Source: Intoshia linei (lineage: Eukaryota; Animalia; Orthonectida). Taken from it: a DNA stretch of 64,000 bases. Shown here piece after piece: positions 13,801-24,935 of the stretch. The position numbers were made by a program, and so were the translations under genes. The notes under the pieces are model-generated. The model made no database searches, was not told the DNA's origin, and saw only the letters and a list, made by a program, of their open reading frames with translations. Numbering within the stretch: position 1 is the first letter of the stretch; each line of letters begins with the position of its first letter. The stretch is from assembly GCA_001642005.1 (NCBI GenBank), contig LWCA01000017.1, positions 22,040-86,039 on the forward strand, written 5' to 3'.

Positions 13801-16800
13801 ATTTACTCATTTTTTAATTTTGAAATTTTACTTTCAAATGTTGATATAAAGCTCCAATTGCAACTAAATTTTACAAAAATGATTATTTATAAATAATTTT
13901 TTAGAAAAAATTTCATTATCAAAACATTTATATAGATTTACTATATTGTGAGAAATTTGTTTATCTAACAAAAATTTATTATTTTAATCGATATCATTTA
14001 TTATGCAAACTTAATACAATATAAATACAATACAATGAAATGTTAACAATTTACAAATCTTTTTCAAACTACAAAATATGTAGGTTAACCATATTGGACC
14101 AAGAAAATTTTGAATTTTTTGAAATATACTCATATAGAGAAGTTTCTATCAGTGGTTCTTAAACTTAAAACTCCACGGTCTCATTTTTCAACTAAAATTT
14201 TTGTATAAAGTTATACTTTGAGTTCTAGACTGTAAAGATGCACATTTTATAATTTTAATGGTTTCGAGGGCACCAAATTTATCATGTATTCATATAAAAT
14301 TGAATGTGTTTGCGTGTACTTTTTAATTAAAAAATTAACCATCTAGAATTAAAAAGTCCAATTTTAATAGTTTTTCGAGAGTGATGTAAATTATCATTCT
14401 CAAACCTTAACCGTTCAGAGTAAAAAACCTAATTTACCCCGTTTTTTTATGTAAAAAGTCCTAGAATTTTAAAAACCATCAATTCTGATCACTTCTTTAA
14501 ATTATTTGTAATCTGCAAGTATTTATACTTGATATTGCAATAAATTTGATTGTAACAATTTAAGAAATATTTTTGGATAACAACTTATTATTTCATCGCG
14601 GGTATAAAAATGAAAACCCCTGATATACATCTGATTTAATGATTAAATATCTTAACATTTTCACCATTTTGTCAATTTGTTGGACAATTTTTTTAAAATG
14701 GGGCATCAATTTACTAATTGATAATTTAAAAATTTTTTGAATATCCTAACTTATATAATATGCTACGCGATTATTGTTTGTGTGTGTGTTCCATGTTATT
14801 AAAATAACTACCAGTCTTAGAATTTTATAAAGTTCACATTTCAATTTTAGTTATTTCCGGGCGTATAATAATATAAATTTTACATATTTTTAAATAATAA
14901 TAAATAAATTAATTAAATTAAATAAATTTTCCCAAACTCACATCTTACGGATCAAAAACCCCAATTGTCTCTCTTTTTGAAAATCAAACGAGTTGGAAAA
15001 TTTAANATCTATATGATTCATTCCTTCTCAATTTTTTTCATTGCTAAGCAATTTTTCAATCTCAAATTCTCATTTTCAAAACATTTTGTTTAAAATTTAA
15101 ATTAAAAGTACAACAACGAATAACTAATAGTAATACAAATTTGTTAATATCATTTTTATATTTATTAAAATTCTTTGCAATATTGAATAATTATCATTTG
15201 GATATTGGAATAAACAATTTCATATTAATGTAAATACTAAATTTCACCGGAAATTGAAAACACGCCTACATTTTTTGTTGAGCTATAGAATATGTCAATA
15301 TAATTGAATTTTATAATCATTGTGGCCCGCGAATTAATTAAACTAGTCACCACTGATATAAACATTGTAATAATAGTTTATTAATACCCAGACCGGTTCC
15401 CAAATTAAATATCATTTGATGTGCGGCTGTAATCCATACCTAGAAATAAGATAAATGAAAATTGAATGTACTCGCTATTTTAATTACTTTTATTTCCAAT
15501 AATTTTGAAACATTTGGTATTATGAAATATTTGAGACCTTTAACAGCTCCAGGTAATAAACCTGCTCTAATTGTAAATATCAAAAATATAACATATGGCA
15601 ATGTAGCTGTAACTTGCATAATCTAATTTCCTTAATATTTTAACTGACAAATTAAATACATACAAATGTATATAAAAGGTAAACATACTTTTCCACTATA
15701 TTGAACACCTTTAACCACACATATGAATGTTATAATCCAGACAAAAATGAGACATCCAAATAGGTGCCAGCAGACAAAATTAATATCAAAAAGTCCAGTT
15801 GATTTATTCAGCACAATTTCTCTAAATTTTGTACCAATTTTATTATCATATACATGTGCTTACGAATAAAATATTTTGCTGGCGTCGAAAAATGTGACAT
15901 TATGATGCTTATTATTCATACCTTGAATTTTTTCAATTGACCACGGTAAAGTTGGGAAAAATGAATATATGAAATAATAAAGCGCCCATGACATGATGAC
16001 ATTATAATAAATGCACAACATGGCTGAGGTTATTACCAATCCGTATCCAACACCTAATAAGAAATACAGTACAATGATAATTAAATTGAAATAATAAGAA
16101 TATTGAAATTTTTAATTTTTAAATCAGTTGATCAACATTAAATTTTTATAGCTCTATCCTTAGTAAGGATTTCTTACTTGGATCAATTACGAGTCACTTT
16201 TTTGTATTAGTATCTATTTGTTTGTGTGGAACCATTTATTTAGAAAACTGAGCGTCCAAGAATATTAAAAAACAAATTTTAAGTCGTCTTTTGTGACGCA
16301 AAAATGTGAGATAAATTTCACTCAGAAATTTTCATCTTCATAATCAAAAATTCTAATTAACATTTTTTTTAAAAAAAAAAACTTTGGAATTCTAGGCAAT
16401 TAAAGTCTTAAGGGTTAAAAAAGCACTTTAGAATTTTTTAATTTTTTTTTTGCAATAAAGTAATCTTGAAATTTATTAAAAAAAGTTTAATGTGATGAGT
16501 ATATTCCATTTGATCTATACCAATGCTTCCCGATTCCAATAGTGTAAGGAGTCCGTACTACCGATATCCATTTCAAAATATATTTTTTTTGACCTCAAAG
16601 GAAAAATCCTAACTTATATAATATGCTACGCGACTTTTGTTTATGTTTGTGTGTCTCTGTGTGTGTTCAGCTTTATTTAAATAACTACCCGTCTTAGAAT
16701 TTATAAAGTTCACATTTCAATTACAGTTTCTTCCGGGGGTGTTTGTAAACATAATTTCAACCTCCCAAACTCATATCTTACGGGTCAAAAACTCCAATTG

Positions 16801-18322
16801 TACCACTTTTTGAAAATCAAACGAGTTGGAGAATTTAAAAAAATTATATATTCAGGGCCAAAACCCCAAATTACCCTTCTTTTTTTAATGAAAACAGCCC
16901 TAGAGTTTCAAAAAAGCATTTTAGTATATATTCCCGATTCAAATAGTGTACGGAGTCCGTACTACGGACCCCCATTTCAAAATATTTTATTTTTTAGAGC
17001 TCAAAGTAAAAATGAAATATAAAACATTAATGGAAAAATCGTATTTTTCCAAAAAAATATTGGAAAAGGAGGATTTTCCCCTTAAGGGTTGGTAAAATTG
17101 TATTTTTTATTTTGTGGTTTTCAAATGGTATTTTTTAGTAAATTTCATTATGGTTAGATAAAAGTGGGATTTTCGAAATAATAATGATATTAATAATAAT
17201 AACAGTCGTCTAGGCTTAGAATAAACACTCAAAATCTGGCAACTTTGAAATAAATATTAAAAATTCTTCAATAAAAATAAAAAAAAGTTATTTAATAATT
17301 TTTTGTATATTTTATTTAAATCTCAGGGACCCCAGACATATACTCTTGGACCCATAGTGGGTAATACCAATCGGGAACCACTGATTTAGACAAAAATTTT
17401 TACATTCGAAATTCAAATATTCAAATTAAGTTAATTTATTTATTAAATTAAATTCAAATTTAAATTCGAAAAAATTTTAAAAAGTAATGAAATATAACTT
17501 TAATCTATTTTTGAAATAATAAAAATTTGAATCTACAATTTAATTAGTTTTCATAGCTAACTACTGAGACTACAAAGTAAATGACAGTACCCAACAGTCG
17601 AGCTGGTGTGAAGTGCCCAGTAAAATACGTACTATCACATTTAGTTTATTTGGAATAAATTTTAAGCCGAAAATTTTTATTCGTCATCATAGATAAGTAG
17701 TTTTGGCTTTACATTTATCAGCAATAAACTCAAATTGATAGTACGTATTTTTTCTGGCCACTTTAGCTTGTGTAATACATGGTATAATTTTATGCTGAAA
17801 AAACTAGGATTATTACCTTTAAATAAGGGGCAAATTTTCCATAGCGTTATCTAAATTGATGTAATTGACAATATTCTAATTATTACGGGACAATTACTAG
17901 AAAACTGTCCAAGAGATATTTCTAGTTTAAATAATGGAATTCCACATATTATAAGGAATATAAAGTATGGTATAAGGAATGCAGCTAAATGTTTGTTAAT
18001 ATTTAAATTCAAACGAGTTTTGACTTACCGCCTCCATTTTCATAGCATAAATAAGGAAATCGCCAAATATTACCTTAATTATGATATATTTACAATATTG
18101 TATATTCGAAAATTTAGTTAATCAATTAATAAATTATATGTAAGTAGAGTTACCTAACCCTACAGCGTACCCAATACATGAAAAAATAAATTGAAACTTG
18201 TTGCTCCAATTCTGACGGCTCAATATAGTGCTAGTATTACTAAACAATGCCATTGTACGTCGTTCAATGGATTTATTTATTTTAAAGCTTTTCTGGTCTT
18301 TTGATGCACACAGAGTTGGCAT
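10842..18322 (-). CDS. SLC6 sodium:neurotransmitter/amino-acid symporter (GAT/GlyT/proline-type TM1), multi-exon
   Basis: RQNWSNKFQFIFSCIGYAVGLG|NIWRFPYLCYENGG, GIPLFKLEISLGQF, KGVQYSGK, ATLPYV, VWITAAHQ...LG|AVITYSSYNKFHNN, GLIFIAFPAVMSQL, GMDSQF, WMFLTP. Apparent stop at 10842-10844. Confidence 0.92.
12290..13047 (+). mobile_element. Non-autonomous Helitron copy (5'-truncated) with an internal ~53-bp tandem duplication
   Basis: Collinear with copies at 41750-42649 and 53310-54190; ends ...cattacagtcaacCTAG|T; duplicated block at ~12758-12862. Confidence 0.75.
13066..13774 (-). CDS. Nova/Pasilla-like KH-domain RNA-binding protein (KH1 and KH2 only), within an SLC6 intron
   Basis: MKILIPHFAAGAIIGKGGDVITQMQ...MSRNKDLFPG|ENER (Nova-type KH1) and LKILIPNHTAGLIIGSKGESVLRIKEISGAEISISRK (KH2). 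At least three short GT-AG introns. Confidence 0.85.
14744..15175 (+). mobile_element. Helitron family copy spanning the N join at 15006
   Basis: 5' TCctaacttatataatatgctacgcg plus (TG)n; sequence after the N matches the distal part of the family. Confidence 0.7.
16521..17383. mobile_element. hAT-like MITE (CAGTGGTTCCCGATT family) interrupted by a Helitron fragment at ~16607-16930
   Basis: Ends caatgcttcccgatt...aatcgggaaccactg; body related to 55852-56509, 59530-60103, 24208-24680 and 2020-2430. Confidence 0.6.
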
Positions 18323-18569
18323 ATTGAGTGGATTATATTAGGTTTATTTTATTAGATATGAAAAATGTACAATTAAATAAATGCAATTTTTTGAATGGCA
18401 CATGTTTCAGTACTATTCATACATTCATTATTTCACCTCGTCGTGTCAAATCAACAAGTTTTATTAAATCTGACGTAAATATAATTATAATTATAATTAT
18501 AATTGTTATTTCATAGTCGTATGTCGTGAAGGGCATTTTATATATTATTAAAATTGCTGTTATGTACTA

Positions 18570-20533
18570 CAGTCGATTTTATTTAATTTAAAATACATAA
18601 TATTAAAATTCACTTTGTTTTAAACAAAATAATTTTGCTTCATAGTGTTTCTATGTAAAAAAAGTACATAATATTAAAATGTTCTTAATTTTAAAAAACG
18701 CAATGTTAATATTTTCATACAAATTGATACTGTTTGTTTTTTGAATTTTAAAATTAAATTATATTGATTATAAAAGTAATTATTTTAAGGTAATAATTTG
18801 TGTATATATGATATATCATATTTCTTTTAGACGTATGTCTCCGAAAAGATCATTTAAGTGTCTTGATTTACAAAAAAAGATAATTATTATTGAAAAAGTT
18901 GAAAATGGCCAAAAAAATCGAAGATTGCCGAAGTATACGGAGTAACTCCTGCATGTATCACATATATCATGAAGAATAAGAATCAAATTGCTGAGAGGGT
19001 TAATTCTCTTACTCCAAAGGCATTAAAATCAATTAAAATTAGGACAGTCAAAAACGACAAACTTGAAAAGGCAGTTTTGATATTTTTTGACAATTCACGA
19101 CAAAATAACATACCTATTTCAGGGTGTCTAATGAAACAGAAGGGATTACTGTATGCAAAAATAATGGGAATTATCAATTATTCTGCCAGTGATGGATGGT
19201 TAACGAAATTCAAAAGACGCAATTCAATATCTTTTAAACAAATTTGCGGCGAAAGAAAGTCTGTAAATATGGATTTGGTGAATGACTGGAAACAAAATGT
19301 TTTAAATTCAATCATTCAAGGTTACACTGATGAAAACATCTTTAATGCTGATGAATTCGCACTGTACTATGAGTGTATGCCCGACAAAACTTTTAAATTT
19401 ACCAATACCATATGTTTTGGAACAAAAGCCAGTAAACAACTTATTACAGTTATGGCATGTTGTAATATGACACTAATAAATAACTTATAAAAAGAAAATG
19501 TTCATTATTGGGAAATTTCAAAGACCCAGATGTTTAAAGAACATTGTATCAATACCTGTTGAATATACAGCCAATAACAAAGGTTGGATGACCCAAGTTT
19601 TGTTTAATCAATGGCTGTCGAATTTTAACAAAGATTTAGCTATTAAAAAACGGAAAATTATACTTTTTATTGATAACTGCACATCACACATTGTTAAGGA
19701 CCCACTATTGTATCACTTTATTAAGGTAGTATTTCTACCAAAGAATACTACTTCAATGTTGCAACCTCTAGATATAGGTATAATAAAAAATATCAAATAC
19801 TATTATCGTGATTTTTTGGTCCAGAAAAGAGTTACATAAATCGAAGAAGGCAGACTGTTTAGTAAAATAAACCTTTTTGAATGTTTTTCAATTTTAAATA
19901 ATGTATGGAATCAGTGTGTTAAAACAACTACTATTCTAAATTGCTACATTGAGGCTGAATTTAAATTGAATAATATTTCACCATCGATTCATGTGGAAAA
20001 TAACGAACCCTTTCTAAATAATTGGAATAAATTAATAAATATTTGTGAAATTGATATTAAAAATAAATGTTTATACAGTCTCTCTTAATTAATATATAAG
20101 ACAAAATTAATATCATGACAAATATTTTTGAGATTTTAAGAATGAGATATATCATTACACAAATCTAAATACAGTTTTTGAATAAATCGACAAAACTTAA
20201 ATGGTGTATTTTTTTTAAAATATATCAAAAACTTGAAAATTTGATTCTGTTTCAGCATTTTATAATTATTATTTATTTGGTGTAAATTTCATAATACAGG
20301 TGTAAATACTTAATTAACTATTCTATCGGACTAATTCATCAAAAGGCATATATTTTATAATATCTCTTTAGAAAAACAAAACATCGAAAGGTTCCATATA
20401 AAGTTTATAATAATATGCCAACTATCGAATCACCTTTAAAATCAACTATAATTTACTGATAAAATAAATGCTTATATTAAAATGTTCCTTAATTTAAACA
20501 AAATTCAATTTTTAAAATAGAGAGAATCGACTG
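18570..20533 (+). mobile_element. Tigger/pogo DNA transposon with a disrupted CENP-B-like DDE transposase (~18835-20080)
   Basis: TA|CAGTCGATT...AATCGACTG|TA ends. Motifs ASDGWLTKFKRR, IFNADE, KGWMT, LFIDNCTSH, PKNTTSMLQPLDIGII. Frameshift and stop codons present. Confidence 0.92.
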
Positions 20534-21271
20534 TATATACAAACAGCAGCTAGCTCTGCCGACGGCCACGTTTTAATTTATTGAACAATGAGTGTATGAT
20601 CTTAAAAACAATTTTGATTTTAATCGAAACATTTGGAAAATATTGGTTGATAATATATTAAAAAGTATTTTTCACCGGGAATGCGTAGATTTCTGGGGTT
20701 GAAATTATGTATGTATGTATATCAACTGGAATAAGCCCCATCAGAATAATCTTTTTTTAAATTATCGGACCGTTAATTATTTAAAATTTTCTGTTTTAAT
20801 TAATTAAATATTTCGGAAAAAAAATATATAAATACTAAAATGCTTTTTTGACCACGAAGTCGTCATTTATTCGAATTTAAATTTTTTGTGTGTGTTAACA
20901 GGATACAACTGTACCACCTGTAAAATTGTTTAAATTCTAGGGCTGTTTTCATAAAAAAGGGGTAATTTGGGGTTTTGGCCCTGAAGATATAATTTTTTTA
21001 AATTTATGATAATGTTTATAATTTTAAAATCTGTATCAGAGTATATATTTTTTGAAATTCTCCAACTCGTTTGATTTTCTAAAAAAAGGACAATTGTGCT
21101 TTTTGACCCGTAATATATGAGTTTGGGAGGTAGAAATTTATTTTGCTAACACCTCCAGAAAAAACTGTAACTGAAATGTGGACTTTATAAAATTCTAAGA
21201 CGGGTAGTTATTGAAATAAACGGTAACACACATACAAACAAATATTGCATAGCATATTATATAAGTAAGGA
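20534..21271 (-). mobile_element. Near full-length non-autonomous Helitron; its last bases lie beyond the Tigger insertion at ~18553-18569
   Basis: 5' A|TCcttacttatataatatgc at 21271; 3' gccgtcggcagagctagctgctgtttgtata-[Tigger]-tagtacataacagc. Confidence 0.8.
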
Positions 21272-21286
21272 TTTTATAGTAATCTA

Positions 21287-22204
21287 CAGTGCCGTGCAAA
21301 ATAAACTGGCATTTGTTAAAAAATATTACTTCTTCATAAACAATGATTAAATTCAAAAATATTAAATAATATTTAAAATATAATAATAAAAATTACTCGT
21401 ACATCCAAATGAGGAGATTTATTTAAGTGAATACTGGAATTGATGCACAATTTTTTAATTGAAATACAGGAAATTTAAAAATGATAATAAATTTATTAAA
21501 ATAAAACTGTCGTGCAAAATAAACTGGCATGTAAATTAAAATTTACATAAATTATAATAAAATGTTGAAATTGTGACCATCAATTATATACAATCAAATA
21601 AAATAAATTAATACTTTGTAGAAGCTCCTTTACATTTTATTACTGAATTTATTCTTCGACGTATGGATTCATATTAATTTTTCATTATGGAAAATTCAAT
21701 ATTAATCCATTCTTCAACAACGATATCCCACAACCTGGTAAAATTTTGGGGGCTCTTTTAGACACGTTCCTCTTTGATATGAACCACATATTTTCAATAA
21801 TATTCAAATCTGGACTTTGACTGGGTCAATTATACAACTTCTCAATATTATTGGTACGTATAAAATCTTTGGTGGAGCGAGAACGATGACAAGGAGCACC
21901 ATCTTGCTGTAGTATCATATTGGGCTCATAAATATCCCCCAATTTCGATCTTAATATTCGTTGATACTCCTCGGAGTTTACATTGCTCCGGTATAATTCA
22001 ATTACCCTTGATCCATCAAATTTAATTGCACCCCACACCATTATCGATTTCGAAAATTTTTGTGATTGAGTGACATATTTGTCGTTATACCTTGAATCTG
22101 GTGGTCTACGAACATTTCTCATGTTTTTTCTAGACAAACAAATCTTTGATTCATCACTAAATACAACTTTGTTCCAATAATCGATATTTTTGTTTTTTTT
22201 TAAT
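21287..22204 (-). mobile_element. Tc1-like transposon, 3' part with IR/DR-type end; cut by the N join at 22205
   Basis: KVVFSDESK, IMVWGAI, LQQDGAPCH, *PSQSPDLNIIENMW, GASTKY*. Terminus TA|CAGTGCCGTGCAAAATAAACTGGCAT with the motif repeated at ~21507-21530. Confidence 0.88.
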
Positions 22205-22942
22205 NTTACATATTTTTAAATAATAATAAATAAATTAATTAAATTAAATAAATTTTCCCAAACTCACATCTTACGGATCAAAAACCCCAATTGTCTCTCT
22301 TTTTGAAAATCAAACGAGTTGGAAAATTTAAAAATATATATACGGTGATACGGATTTTAAAATCATAAAAGTTACCATGAACTTAAATTTAAAAAAATAT
22401 CTTCAGGACCAAAACCCCAAATTACCCTTCTTTTTTTAATGAAAACAGCCTTAGAATTTACAGGGTGTACAGTTGTATCCTATTAACATACTTAAAAAAT
22501 TTCAATCCGAATAAGTGACAACTTCACGGTCAAAAATGCAAAATAATATTAATAATAAATGATCGATAATAAATAATATCTTAATTTACAGTGTACGACA
22601 GCTATTATAATCGGAAAAATATTTGTACGTATACAGGTTATTATTATCATACAAAAATTTCCTGTGGATCATCTTGGTAACGACTGGTTTAAGGGAAAAA
22701 TTTTACCAAACCTGACAAGAAAAACCTCTTAATCCAACCCTATAAGAAAAAATTAGGGTTGGCAATCAATAAATATTAACGGGTAAATTACTGGTAAAAA
22801 TATTTGTATCGCTAAATTTTATTTAAAATTTATAATGGTAAATCCTTACTTTTATAAAGTAATTTGGTTAAAAATGTATGTGTTTAATTATTTGTTTGTT
22901 TGTTGATTATTTGTTCCAGTTTATTTAAGAAAGTAAAAGGGG

Positions 22943-24207
22943 TCGAGAGCCATGAAAAAACTAAAAATAAAATATCAGCATGAGGAAAATACAACGTAAT
23001 AATGAATTTAAAAATTCAAATATAATTATCAGGTGAACGCAGCATTGATAGATAAAATATATTGCGACAAACAATTAATTATCGAGGAAGGACATCGTCA
23101 AATAATACAGAAACTGTGGGACGATGCAGGGGTTCAATCGTGTTATGAACGACGTCGAGAATACCATTTAAATGACTCGTGTAAATAGTAATAAATGTTT
23201 AAATTTATTTTGAATTTTTTTAGTTATTTGAGTGCCTTAGACAGACTTTGTACAGATAACTACACTCCATCCACGCAAGACATATTAAGGGCTAGAACTG
23301 GGACGACTTGGATATTAGAATATAATTTTAACGTTAAAGGCATGAATTGCACCATGGTAGACGTGGGAAAACAGCGAAGTGAACGAAGGAAATGAATTCA
23401 TTGTTTTCAAAATGTAACGTCCATTTTGTTTCTGGTGGCTATAAGTGAGTATGATTAAGTTTTGGTTAAAAAAGATAATGAGGTTAATATTTTAATGAAA
23501 TGTTTCCATCCTAAGTTAACTCTTCAAATCAAATATGCTTAACTTTTTTGGGTAATGTATTTCCTGTTTTATTTTTACAATTAACAGTTTATTTTGTTAA
23601 AAAATGAATCCTTTTAAAATTTTAAAGGTAAAAGTGGACAATCAAATGTAAGGATATGAAAATATAGATTTTTTCATTGACCGCGATGATTGAAATCATT
23701 TTCAAATTTTACATTTAATTTTGTAAATAGATCATAAGAATAAATGTAGTTACACTATTCTTGCTGTCGATTTTTTAGGGGATAGGCTGAAAATTAGATC
23801 CATAATTATAATAGATGATGTTTATTGTCAATTTAATAATTTATGGTGCATAATAATTATAATAATTTTCTAACCACTTTTTTTACTGTTGTGCATTGCA
23901 CGCATTTTTTTTATTATTGATATTTTAGAATAGAATGATTGAATCAATTGGTTTTTTTTTAACACCATTATTCATTATGATTTTTTTGAACATTCGTCCA
24001 TAATTTTATTTTTAAACAAAGTCGATTTACTCGACGAACAAATTCAAATGAGCAACGTGGTTGACTATTTTAAAAATTTTACTGGTAAAATATAAAATTT
24101 AAGCAAATCAATTGATTTAGGAGACTCTTATAATATAGATGCAGCTAAGGGATTCATTCAAAATATGTATATTAGCCAAAATGATAACTGTACATTCTAT
24201 CCATTTT
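22943..24207 (+). pseudogene. Unprocessed G protein alpha-q-like pseudogene fragment
   Basis: [75 protein letters not shown]. In-frame TGA at 23393 and TAA at 23456, frameshift near 23955; P-loop and C-terminus not found; introns retained. Confidence 0.88.
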
Positions 24208-24935
24208 TATCCCACCATTAATAAGATTTAATCAAAAATGTCATTTAAACCCCACTGGGAAAAATCGACTTTTACCAACCCAAATTAAGAGAATATCCGA
24301 TTTGACCATATCCTTTGCGCAACAACCTCTTAATCCAAAACCCAAAATAAAAAATCCAATTTTAATACCTAACTGAAGACAAAAAAAATCTCCTTTTTCC
24401 AATATTTTTTTCAAAAATCCGATTTGACAAAATCTTATGATCAACAACTTCTTAATCCAAAACCCAAAATAAAAAATAAATTTAACCAACCTATATTAAG
24501 GGAAAAATCACCTTTTTCTAATATTTTTTTGAAAAACGCGATTTTACCAAATCTTTTGAGAAATAACCTTTCATTTTTTCATAAATGTTATACATGTCCT
24601 GTTTCCTTGGTGTCTAAAAATACAAATATGTTGAAATATGGACCGTAAACTATCCGTACCCTATTTAATCGGTAAACAATTATTTGTTTACTTTATACCA
24701 GAAAATAATTTCCACTATTGACATTATAGAAATAACAACATTTCAATTTTTACAAAATTTATTATATCACCACTAAAATATTTTTAATTTTGCCTATCAA
24801 TTGAATATACAGTAGTTTCTCATTACATCAAGCGTTAATTCCAATAAACCTGCCACAGTGACTAATTTCAAGAAAACTTTACCGTATTAAAAAACAAATT
24901 TACATAATTGTAATTATTATAGTGTACGTAATTAA

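Noticed and set aside
23393-23458. TGA at a conserved Trp and TAA at a conserved Gln in G-alpha-q, hinting at a variant genetic code
   Set aside because: Intact genes use TGG and CAA and end in TAA. Both changes are single transitions, and the gene also has a frameshift and motif lesions.
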